Positions 42,478 to 50,880 are shown, counted from the first letter of the stretch. The stretch: DNA of 64,000 nt from Ignavibacteriota bacterium (GCA_963701295.1 OY969585.1:2784001-2848000); one strand, 5' to 3'. Notes: generated by a model from the sequence alone, not told the origin. Program-made: numbers and translations.

Positions 42478-43152
42478 CTAAAATGATGTCGTATCTTCTT
42501 TAACAGAAATAATTTTCCCGTTTTTATAAGACTTAATAGTCGTGATAGATCGCTTGTTCTCAAAGTCGTTGTAGGTATCTACTTCTCTAAGTAGAATTAA
42601 TTTGCCATTTTTGAAACAATGAGTATAGACAGCACCACCAGTACTCCCTCCTGCATCATAAGATGTAATTGTATGTTTAACAGAATCAGGGTCTGGATCT
42701 CTTAACTCGCTAAAATCATCATTAAATACATACTTGCCTGTTTTTGGATTGTACAGCCAAACATAATTTTGTCCTCCAGCACTTCCGTCGTTATACTCTA
42801 TAAGAATATCATTATAACCATCAAAATTCATGTCCTTTGTCTCAACAGCTCTCGGATTAAAAATAAAATCATCATTTTTAGGCAAATGGAGCCTTTGTAA
42901 TATTTTATTACTGCCTTCTTGTCGCACCTCTATTCGGATTACCTTTGGACCAGGATCAACATTCTGTTCCCAATCACTTACGAATACCGAAAATTTATAT
43001 TGAGGTAATTGCTTCGCCACAGTTATCGTAAAGTCATATTGGTTATCAGAGACCTTAACAAACGGTACTTGCGCAAGATATTGGGCGACTACAATTTCAG
43101 TGAAAGAAAATAGAAACAAATGCAAAGCAACCACTTTATATAATATTTTCAT
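42478..43152 (-). CDS. Cassette 6: exported protein, XAC2610-related
   Basis: Signal peptide from ATG 43152; DMNFDGYND motif and YVWLYNPKTGKY. Confidence 0.65.
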   Translation of the reverse strand: MKILYKVVALHLFLFSFTEIVVAQYLAQVPFVKVSDNQYDFTITVAKQLPQYKFSVFVSDWEQNVDPGPKVIRIEVRQEGSNKILQRLHLPKNDDFIFNPRAVETKDMNFDGYNDILIEYNDGSAGGQNYVWLYNPKTGKYVFNDDFSELRDPDPDSVKHTITSYDAGGSTGGAVYTHCFKNGKLILLREVDTYNDFENKRSITTIKSYKNGKIISVKEDTTSF

Positions 43153-43187
43153 CTCGTCATATCCTTTGATTAGTACTGAGCAATGCC

Positions 43188-43339
43188 AGCTAACGGTCCT
43201 AAGCTGCGGCGTTGAAAAGCTGCAAGATGCACCCAGCAAAATGAGTTCACGCTGATAATTTTTAATTTTGCACCCGACCTCTGCACGCCATGCGTAACGT
43301 ACCCGGCTGGCAACCGTCAGCTTGAGCGCCTGGTTAGGC
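43188..43339 (-). repeat. attC (152 bp)
   Basis: AGCTAAC...GTTAGGC; shortened L'-R' spacer. Confidence 0.88.
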
Positions 43340-43349
43340 AGCGTAAGAT

Positions 43350-43694
43350 TTAACGTAACCAGACAAAGCTACCATTTATCTCTTTAGCAAGTGTAACTGC
43401 GCCGTTGCCATAGTCATGACAAAAAATGTATTGATGAGGTAAGCGCAGTGCGACATCTTTAAATTTATGGTTTTTGTCCATAAGCTCGTCAAGAACTTGT
43501 TTAGAGCGTGATATTTTAGCTTTTGCCATTTCCGGAGTTGTATTCTCAATGTTCCATTCTGAATAACTATAAACGACTAAACAATTATCCTTCTCTTTCG
43601 AGAATACAACGCCATGATAATTAAAGGCATTACCCTCAATAAATTGATCTATGGCAATTTCAATACGCTGTGGCGTTGCGTCGGTAATATCCAT
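43350..43694 (-). CDS. Cassette 5: hypothetical protein
   Basis: 114-aa ORF filling the space between two attC sites; RBS AAGGAAG. Confidence 0.75.
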   Translation of the reverse strand: MDITDATPQRIEIAIDQFIEGNAFNYHGVVFSKEKDNCLVVYSYSEWNIENTTPEMAKAKISRSKQVLDELMDKNHKFKDVALRLPHQYIFCHDYGNGAVTLAKEINGSFVWLR

Positions 43695-43982
43695 TATTCT
43701 TCCTTACGCTGCCTAACGGATTGCGGCTAAGCTGCCGCATGACCAACTTTAATTAACCACAAAACGAAACGAGTTCATGCTGATAACAAAATTAACATGT
43801 ACTCAACCAATGAAGTACTGAAAAGTTAATAATAAAAACGTCAAACCACCATCAGCCATGTAAATTGCTCCAACGCTCATCCGGTCAGCTTGAGCCGCTG
43901 GATATTACCAAAAAGGAATCTCCCGATTATGTACATTGATAATTCTCTAGGTCACCAACATCCACAATCTAAGGAGATTCCC

Positions 43983-44984
43983 ATGTATTACTCAGGTATC
44001 GATTTGCATTCTGATAATTGTTTTATCACCACTGTTGATGACACTGGTGCTGTCATCAAGCGACAACGTGTCGAGAATAACAATGAACGTGTTCTTGATT
44101 ACTTCCACTCTCTGCCCGGTCCTCATCACGCAGTCGTTGAGTCTACCACAGGATGGTACTGGCTCAACGATCTTCTCAGCGATCACGGCATCGAGCTTGT
44201 CCTTGCTCACGCCAAATATCTCAAAGCCATCAGTTATGCTAAAGTTAAAACAGATAAAGTCGATTCGCAAACTCTTGCTCTTCTCTTACGACAGGGACTC
44301 ATTCCACGGGCTCACAAAATCAGCCGAGAACTACGCGGCCTGCGCGATACCATGCGTATTCGTCTACGGCTCGTTCAGCAACGAACTGCCAGTCTTCTGC
44401 GTCTCTACAGTATTCAGACCAAATTTAACGGCTCTGTTCCGGATCCGTATCGTTTTCAACTTGCTGTCTTGCAACATACCAGAGACACTTTTACTGCTCA
44501 GATCCTCTCGCTGGAAAAATCTCTCCATCCTGTGCTGATTCCCAACGACGATATTCAACGGCTCTTGCACATTCCAGGTATCGGCAAGCTCACCGCATTC
44601 ACGGTGTATCTTGAAATCGACGGCATTGAACGATTCGACTCCGATAAAAAGTTTGTCTCTTACTGCCGACTCGTCCCTGCTGCCGATAACTCCAATCGCT
44701 CTGTGCACCATCGCTCCAGCAAAGACGGCAATAAGTATCTCAAAATCGCCTTCTCCGATGCCGCTGTTCATGCTATTCAGTACTATCCGGAATACAAACG
44801 CTTATTCCAGAAATTAGCTCGTCGCTCCAATGAGGCGACTGCGCGAACCGTCGTTGCCAAAGAACTTGCGAAGATTGTTTACTATGTCTTAAAAAACAAA
44901 ACAATATATAAAGGTCTCAAAGGTCAGCCGATCAGCCGGCATAAATCTCAGCAGTGGCCGCGCCTCTCAAGCCCGCTTTCCTAA
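43983..44984 (+). CDS. IS110-family DEDD recombinase/transposase
   Basis: GIDLH, VEST, KTDKVDS (DEDD), IPGIG, DNS serine loop, GNKYLK; ATG 43983 with AAGGAG RBS. Confidence 0.95.
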   Translation: MYYSGIDLHSDNCFITTVDDTGAVIKRQRVENNNERVLDYFHSLPGPHHAVVESTTGWYWLNDLLSDHGIELVLAHAKYLKAISYAKVKTDKVDSQTLALLLRQGLIPRAHKISRELRGLRDTMRIRLRLVQQRTASLLRLYSIQTKFNGSVPDPYRFQLAVLQHTRDTFTAQILSLEKSLHPVLIPNDDIQRLLHIPGIGKLTAFTVYLEIDGIERFDSDKKFVSYCRLVPAADNSNRSVHHRSSKDGNKYLKIAFSDAAVHAIQYYPEYKRLFQKLARRSNEATARTVVAKELAKIVYYVLKNKTIYKGLKGQPISRHKSQQWPRLSSPLS

Positions 44985-45240
44985 CTGATCCCGACTGCGT
45001 CGGGATCGTTCGCTGGATTGGGAAGAGAGTGCGCTGTGCCGTGGTAATATCTGGAACATCTCGCTCGACGAGATACGCTTTCACCATCGTTTCTTCAATG
45101 AGTGAATGTAAATCCGTAAACTGGTTTGGACGGCATTGCTCTGGTAATCGCCTGTCTATTCGATAGAGAACGCGGCATCGGCACGGATTCGGTCGTCCTT
45201 AATGTTAAAGAACTCTGCATTCCGATTGCGCGGAACGCAT
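44961..45240 (+). ncRNA. Predicted bridge RNA / seekRNA
   Basis: Guides CCTAAC (44980-85) and CGCTGG (45011-16) match the target; TGGTAATATC (45042-51) and TAAACTGG (45117-24) match the donor junction; each pair lies in a stem-closed loop. RNA ends approximate. Confidence 0.85.
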
Positions 45241-45294
45241 CGGGAGTATATTATTTACTTGACTCTTTCCTTTTTAAACTGGTTAGGCAGCGCT

Positions 45295-45699
45295 TTATTT
45301 CTTATCGTTCTTTGAATCTAATTTTTTCATCTCGAAACCTCTAACGATGACATACGCAATGAGAGCAACCAGAAAAAATATAAGGAGCATCCACGCAATA
45401 CTCTGCAATGAATCGATAATAGATTTGTACACCTCTATAATCCATCGGTCAGAAGTAAGCTGAAGAATTCTGCCTTCTTTGTCCGATGTAATGTACTTTT
45501 CGAGATCCCATAATCTCACTCCGCCGGAAATGCCAACAACAAATATTGCAAAGAGGATGTACCGTCGCCAAGTGGGAGCCAGATCCTCGCTGACAAGTCG
45601 GCTAAGAATTTTTGTAATGGGTCGTGCGAAGAGGAATGCAACCAAAGTTGACATCGCCAATGCAATAACGAAGGTTACAATTAACAATGTGACAAACAT
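45295..45699 (-). CDS. Cassette 4: 3-TM membrane protein
   Basis: Hydrophobic ORF with GGAGG RBS between attC sites. Confidence 0.8.
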   Translation of the reverse strand: MFVTLLIVTFVIALAMSTLVAFLFARPITKILSRLVSEDLAPTWRRYILFAIFVVGISGGVRLWDLEKYITSDKEGRILQLTSDRWIIEVYKSIIDSLQSIAWMLLIFFLVALIAYVIVRGFEMKKLDSKNDKK

Positions 45700-45734
45700 G
45701 TGATACCTCCTTTTGACAAATAACTTAAAGCGCT

Positions 45735-45889
45735 GCCTAACGGACGCGGCTAAGCTGCGACGACGAAAACTATCAATCTTGTACCCAACGAAACGAGTTC
45801 AAGCAGGATCTTTCCAATTCCACAAGAACACTATTTGCCATGTTTAATGTACCGTCGCGCAATTCGTCAGCTTGAGCCGCTGGTTGCGC
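45735..45889 (-). repeat. attC (155 bp)
   Basis: GCCTAAC...GTTGCGC (R'' appears to have lost one base). Confidence 0.88.
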
Positions 45890-45895
45890 GCAAAG

Positions 45896-46375
45896 TTACC
45901 CGCATCCACAGCCACCCTGTGCTTTAACCATTTCGGTTCGAGTTTCGTTCTTAATAGTTATGATACTCTCCATCCACTCGAATTCACAATTATCGTTTGT
46001 TGGAGAACATACAGTGAGAAATATAAGCTTTACCTTGACGAAATATTTCCCGTATGAGTATAGCTTAATAATAGAATCGCCGACCTGTAATAATTTCTTT
46101 TGCGGCCGTACTTCTTCAATCAACTTGAGACTAATGTCATGACCATCGAGGTTCATCCAACCGATGGTGTCCTTAGCCGATCCGTCGCTGTGAAAAATGT
46201 CGCCAGACTTATGCGTGGCATCTAGATAGAAATTGCAGCCGCATTCGTCTCTATGCTCAGGAATAGATATGGGTGCAACAATGGATTTTTCCTGCGACAA
46301 TGAAAATTGGCTAGATATAGTGCATGCTAAACAGCATACGAATAAAAAGCAGAACCTATTTAGAATTATAATCAT
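45896..46375 (-). CDS. Cassette 3: exported hypothetical protein (CGC motifs at both ends)
   Basis: Signal-like N-terminus; ECGCNF and GGCGCG. Confidence 0.7.
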   Translation of the reverse strand: MIIILNRFCFLFVCCLACTISSQFSLSQEKSIVAPISIPEHRDECGCNFYLDATHKSGDIFHSDGSAKDTIGWMNLDGHDISLKLIEEVRPQKKLLQVGDSIIKLYSYGKYFVKVKLIFLTVCSPTNDNCEFEWMESIITIKNETRTEMVKAQGGCGCG

Positions 46376-46390
46376 TGATTTTACTTTGCG

Positions 46391-46578
46391 CGCTAACGGA
46401 CCGCAACTAAGCTGCGGCGCTGATAATTTTCAATATACACAAAACGAAGTGAGTTCATGCTAAAAGTTTATTATTAAACATCTAAACCTCTACGCGCCAT
46501 GCTTAACGTACCCATTTACCCGCCATGCTTTATCTTTGGGCGAGCGCTCATTCCGTCAGCTTGAGCGCCTGGTTAGGT
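46391..46578 (-). repeat. attC (188 bp, about 30-bp hairpin insertion)
   Basis: CGCTAAC...GTTAGGT; insertion at about 46515-46545. Confidence 0.9.
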
Positions 46579-46591
46579 GAACTTGCAACTA

Positions 46592-48796
46592 CTATTTGAT
46601 TAACAACATTTTCTTTACCACAAAAAAACCTCCAGCTTCGATGCGATAGAAATATACTCCGGAGGCAGAGGAAGATCCATTCCACTCTCTTGAATATGAT
46701 CCTGAATCTAAATCTCTATCGACAAGAGTTGCTATCTGATTGCCTAACAAATCAAAGATCCTGACGTGAACTTTACATCGAAAAGGAATAGAGAAATTGA
46801 TTCTTGTCAACGGATTAAAAGGGTTTGGGTAGTTCTGCTCCAGATGGAATCCATTAATCTTATTATTACTAGATTGTTGTACGTTCGTTGTCGAATGAAT
46901 GCTTCTAAATACGCCCTGCCTATAAGTGCCTGCAAATAGAAGTCCTGAATGATCTGGGGCCAAGGCAAAAACAGAAGTACTCGTCAAACCGTTGTTCAGA
47001 AGATTCCATGTTACACCAGCATCTGTTGACTGGAAAACTCCATCGCCAGAGTTACTATAGCTACCAACATAAATGTTCGATCTGGAGTTTAATGCGATAC
47101 AATTAATTGAAACATTTGGAAGACCAATATTTTCCCATGACAGACCATTGTTGTTAGAACGAAATAATCCATTGTCATAAGTCCCTGCATAAAGGTTTCC
47201 CACTGAATCAACTGCAAGACTGTAAATGTACGTATCTGGAATTCCTATACTAGTTGACGTCCAATTGTTGCCATTGTCAGTAGTGCGAAAAACATGTCCA
47301 CTTGGGAGTCCATTTACATTGCCAGTTCCAGCATAAATGAAGCCACTATTCGGCACTGCAATCATGCAGTTTACACTCCAATCTTCGAGACCAACATTTG
47401 CTTGTGCCCAAGTATCTCCACGGTCTGTGGATCGATAGACACCGAGATATGATCCAGCGAAGATACTTTGGTTCGGTGCTATTGCAAGAGCATTGAGTCT
47501 GATGGAATCCAAAGGCGTTTGCATCCAAGTAGCGCCAAGGTTCGTGCTTCGATATACACCATTGCTAGTACCAGTATAGACCCAATTACTCGAATCGATT
47601 GAGATCGATTGAATCCATGAACTTTTCAGACCCTCGTTAGATTCTTGCCAACTCGTGCCCCCATCGGTAGAACGGAATAGTCCATTGCCAATGTATGGCC
47701 CCGAATAGCCATAACCAGTTCCAGCAAAGATATATCCATTCCGACTAACACAGATCGAATGAATCCATGTATTGAGTAATCCGAGATTTCCTTCCGACCA
47801 GTGAGCACCAAAGTCTGTGGAAAAGCAAATGCCGCCACCTCCGGTACCTGTAAACAAACGGCCAGAGTGATCCGAATAAATCGAGTTTATGTACATGCTT
47901 GATAATCCATTGCTGGAACCCAGCCAACTGATGCCATGATTGGTCGAGCAAAAGACTCCATGACCTAAAGAGGCTGAGACCTGACCGGTGCCAGCATACA
48001 GGCGATTGGCATTGTCAGCCACTAGAGAGTGAATGTACTCGGCGGGTAAGCCAGAGTCAGCTGTGAACCAGTCATCTCCAGAATTTGTGGAGCGATACAC
48101 CTGACCAGCATATGTCCCAGCGTATACATCATTGTTTAAATCGACAGTGATGGCAGAAATCCATTCTGGTTGTTTAACGACAACCCAGGAATTACCACCA
48201 TCAGTTGACCGATGTAATCCACCAGTTCCTCCACCAGTCATACCGTGATACTCTTCCTCGGTTCCTGCGAAAATGAAGCCCTGTTGATTCTCCGCAAAAG
48301 CCCGAATGGAAAAGTTTGTCAATCCAATATTCAATTGATACCACGAACTACCCTCATTTGTTGATCGATAGATACCACCGCCAGATGTCCCAACAAAAAC
48401 AGCTCCGTTTCGAGTGATAAGAAGAACATTGGTGTATGTTGAAGTCATCCAGTTATCGATACGTTCCCAGCTTTGTGCATGATTTGTCGACTTGAAAACA
48501 CCCTCTACAGTTCCAACAAAAAGAACGGTATCAGATCCTACAGCAATAGTTGTAATTGATAATGAAGTCAATCCAGCATTTGAAGAAGACCAACTTTTTC
48601 CTTCATCGGTTGATTTGAAGATGCCACTTCCATCAGTGCCAGCGTAGAGTGTGCCATTAGAATCGGACACAATCGATGACACGTACGCCCCAAAAGGTCC
48701 ATTTGATTGCTGCCAGAAGTTTGCCTGAGCAATAGCAAATGTTGGAATAAGAAACAAAAAGCAAATGATTAAATACTTCATATGATACTTCCACAT
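46592..48796 (-). CDS. Cassette 2: large BNR/beta-propeller repeat protein with T9SS CTD
   Basis: About 14 AGT..G(V/L)(F/Y)RSTDxGxSW repeats; QNYPNPFNP CTD. Confidence 0.88.
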   Translation of the reverse strand: MWKYHMKYLIICFLFLIPTFAIAQANFWQQSNGPFGAYVSSIVSDSNGTLYAGTDGSGIFKSTDEGKSWSSSNAGLTSLSITTIAVGSDTVLFVGTVEGVFKSTNHAQSWERIDNWMTSTYTNVLLITRNGAVFVGTSGGGIYRSTNEGSSWYQLNIGLTNFSIRAFAENQQGFIFAGTEEEYHGMTGGGTGGLHRSTDGGNSWVVVKQPEWISAITVDLNNDVYAGTYAGQVYRSTNSGDDWFTADSGLPAEYIHSLVADNANRLYAGTGQVSASLGHGVFCSTNHGISWLGSSNGLSSMYINSIYSDHSGRLFTGTGGGGICFSTDFGAHWSEGNLGLLNTWIHSICVSRNGYIFAGTGYGYSGPYIGNGLFRSTDGGTSWQESNEGLKSSWIQSISIDSSNWVYTGTSNGVYRSTNLGATWMQTPLDSIRLNALAIAPNQSIFAGSYLGVYRSTDRGDTWAQANVGLEDWSVNCMIAVPNSGFIYAGTGNVNGLPSGHVFRTTDNGNNWTSTSIGIPDTYIYSLAVDSVGNLYAGTYDNGLFRSNNNGLSWENIGLPNVSINCIALNSRSNIYVGSYSNSGDGVFQSTDAGVTWNLLNNGLTSTSVFALAPDHSGLLFAGTYRQGVFRSIHSTTNVQQSSNNKINGFHLEQNYPNPFNPLTRINFSIPFRCKVHVRIFDLLGNQIATLVDRDLDSGSYSREWNGSSSASGVYFYRIEAGGFFVVKKMLLIK

Positions 48797-48811
48797 TATT
48801 TATGCAAGTTC

Positions 48812-49008
48812 ACCTAACGGACCGGCGCTAAGCTGCGGCAATGATAACCCGCAAGCTGCTGAAAACGAACTAAGTTCATTCTGAAAACCAAATTAAATAT
48901 TCCTCAACCAATGAGGTACTGAAAAGTTAATTATAAAAACCTAAACCCACCACAAGCAATGCTTAACGTACCCCAGCTCATTCCGTCAGCTTGAGCGCCT
49001 GGTTAGAA
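48812..49008 (-). repeat. attC (197 bp, long type)
   Basis: ACCTAAC...GTTAGAA. Confidence 0.92.
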
Positions 49009-49063
49009 CGCACGCGGCACAATTTATAAATGATGAACAAAATGGATATTGTTTAATTGTAAG

Positions 49064-49660
49064 TCACATTTCTTTCGTAACGTTATCAACCCATGTCGCA
49101 AAATTCTCATATCCGTCATCTGCTACCCAATCATAAACGGAATACCACTTTTTTAATTGATAAGTTTGGCTCCACTCCTCACGTGGGAGTTGATTTTCCA
49201 GCGTGTATCCGTTTTTATCCACGCTGGTTTGCCAAGCCGTGTTATTCCATTCGAGAAATTCCAGACTTGTTCCATTGCCATTATAACGGATTGCTAAATA
49301 ATCGAATGGATTCGGGCCAAGTGCTTTGATCGTTTGGCTTTTATCTTTAATACTATTTATATGAACTCCGAACATACCGTTTCCTTTCGATATGCTCTTG
49401 AATATTTCATATCGAACCCAGCGACGGGCATATGTATCACTTCCAATTAGTACAACTGTAGCGGATGTGTTCACGAGCGCATCATCAATAAGGCGTTTGA
49501 TTGCTTCAGGGCCGGTTTTTCGTGCTTTTTCCCAAATTGAAGCGTCAAAAAATCCCGCATCATCTCTGGTCTCTTTAGTCAGGTCATGTTTTCGAACAAC
49601 GTTCGCGCGAAACGTTTCAACATCCTCATAGTCAAAGCTGAAAAATACTCTTTTTGCCAT
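49064..49660 (-). CDS. Cassette 1b: TIR-domain protein (ThsB/DUF1863-like)
   Basis: KRVFFSFDYED...TSATVVLIGSDTYARRWVRYEI with the catalytic-type Glu. Confidence 0.88.
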   Translation of the reverse strand: MAKRVFFSFDYEDVETFRANVVRKHDLTKETRDDAGFFDASIWEKARKTGPEAIKRLIDDALVNTSATVVLIGSDTYARRWVRYEIFKSISKGNGMFGVHINSIKDKSQTIKALGPNPFDYLAIRYNGNGTSLEFLEWNNTAWQTSVDKNGYTLENQLPREEWSQTYQLKKWYSVYDWVADDGYENFATWVDNVTKEM

Positions 49661-49662
49661 AT

Positions 49663-50058
49663 TTAAAGTGTCCACATGATTAAGATGATTGTCCCAATCA
49701 ACACTGCATAAAAAGGGAGAATCGTTTTTGAAAATACTGTCTTGAGATATGTATGTTTATCCATGGCATTTTGGGAAAACTTCATGGAAAAATCTATACT
49801 TGATTCCTCCTTTATCCTTACTTCATCATACAACTCTCTAAACAACCTTTCCTGCCATAAGTAATAAGAATCAAGAAGCCAAAAGATGAAGATCGGAATA
49901 TATGCGATGAGGATGTACTGGTTCTTAGTTCCAGAAGAAAGCGCTGTTAGAGCCGCAACAATTGTGATACACCATCCTTTAGCAAAAAATGAATTGTTTC
50001 CAAGTCTGTTAATAACGCCCTGGATAAATTCTAAATGTTTGAGTTTCTTTTCGTTCAT
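49663..50058 (-). CDS. Cassette 1a: small transmembrane protein coupled to the TIR gene
   Basis: KHLEFIQGVINRLGNNSFFAKGW...FWLLDSYYLWQERLFRELYD; three hydrophobic segments; 2 bp from the TIR start. Confidence 0.75.
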   Translation of the reverse strand: MNEKKLKHLEFIQGVINRLGNNSFFAKGWCITIVAALTALSSGTKNQYILIAYIPIFIFWLLDSYYLWQERLFRELYDEVRIKEESSIDFSMKFSQNAMDKHTYLKTVFSKTILPFYAVLIGTIILIMWTL

Positions 50059-50097
50059 GGAATCACCATAGTCTAAAGATCAAAGAATTTTCGTGCG

Positions 50098-50171
50098 TTC
50101 TAACAATGATTAGACTGCATACCACAGCCTAATACGCTTTTTTGTGTGTTAGACTACATATTGCGGCCTAA
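50098..50171 (-). other. attI-like site
   Basis: G/TTAGAA core at 50104 is not preceded by an attC; two 23-bp direct repeats (50110-32, 50149-71; 18/23 identical). Confidence 0.75.
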
Positions 50172-50254
50172 CATGATGAACTTGGTAACTATGAAACGGA
50201 TTCTGGCAGCTCCCAACAATTCCCCACTTTCTTCGGATACTTATCCGCGCAGGT

Positions 50255-50283
50255 AATCTATCAATAGCATCTTTAAAACGCAA
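50255..50283 (-). promoter_or_regulatory. Candidate Pc cassette promoter
   Basis: TTGCGT-17 bp-TAGATT with TGn extension, pointing into attI. Confidence 0.5.
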
Positions 50284-50595
50284 GGGAATAAATTTCTATC
50301 CTCGAAGAAGCCCTAAGAGACCCTAATATTTTCCAGAAACAAAATATTAGAAATCGAATCGCCATATGGAATGAAAATAATTTCCAGAAAAAATTATAGG
50401 AAAACCACTTCCCCATCCTCTCTACATTGATTCCTCTGGTATATCGAAGTAGAAGATACTCCAGAAACTCCTGTAAGGCTTAAAAGGTTGAGGCTCAAAA
50501 GAATGCTATTCTGAATCCTCTTTTTACTTAGCATCGTAAAGAAAAGCGCTCAATCTTGCGCTTTTCTCCACCGTCACAGATAGGCAACGGCTTTA

Positions 50596-50619
50596 TGTTG
50601 GAGGGATTGTCGGAGGGAT
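50596..50619. repeat. Tandem 12-bp direct repeat (arm-type site-like)
   Basis: TGTTGGAGGGAT TGTCGGAGGGAT. Confidence 0.55.
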
Positions 50620-50880
50620 GGAAAGCGGGTGAAAAGCGCGGACGGGACAGTATCGAGTAACATAGACAACAACGCCATAGTTGAACCAAAGGTGAAATAA
50701 AAGCATTAATATGTTATCGTAGATTTGTTTGCTGTTTATTGGCGGGAATGTTACACTCATTGGCGAAGAGCCAAATAATGGCGTGTTCAAATTGAAAAGA
50801 CAGATCTGCAAAAATATTTGTACCCAAATTGTAACATTTTGAAAATTCTTGTATCTAAAAGGCAAACAACAGGAGAATCT

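Larger units (their letters stand above)
43902..45282 (+). mobile_element. IS110-family, IS1111-type insertion sequence (1381 bp) targeting attC
   Basis: CTGG core at both junctions; sub-terminal IR AAAAAGGAA (43910-18) / TTCCTTTTT (45267-75); long 3' non-coding region. Confidence 0.93.
43711..45288 (-). repeat. attC (197 bp when rejoined) interrupted by the IS1111-type element
   Basis: 43711-43901 plus 45283-45288 reconstitute GCCTAAC...GAGCCG-CTGG-TTAGGC. Confidence 0.92.
35651..50283 (-). mobile_element. Integron gene-cassette array (11 cassettes, attI and Pc candidate, no adjacent intI)
   Basis: Same-strand cassettes (ten single-gene, one two-gene), each followed by a RYYTAAC-CAGGC-GCTCAAGC...GCTTAGC...GTTRRRY-type repeat. 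Confidence 0.92.

Noticed and set aside
36226-49008. Repeats as a CRISPR array
   Set aside because: Repeats are 150-220 bp, separated by whole genes, and have attC R/L box structure; no cas genes are present.
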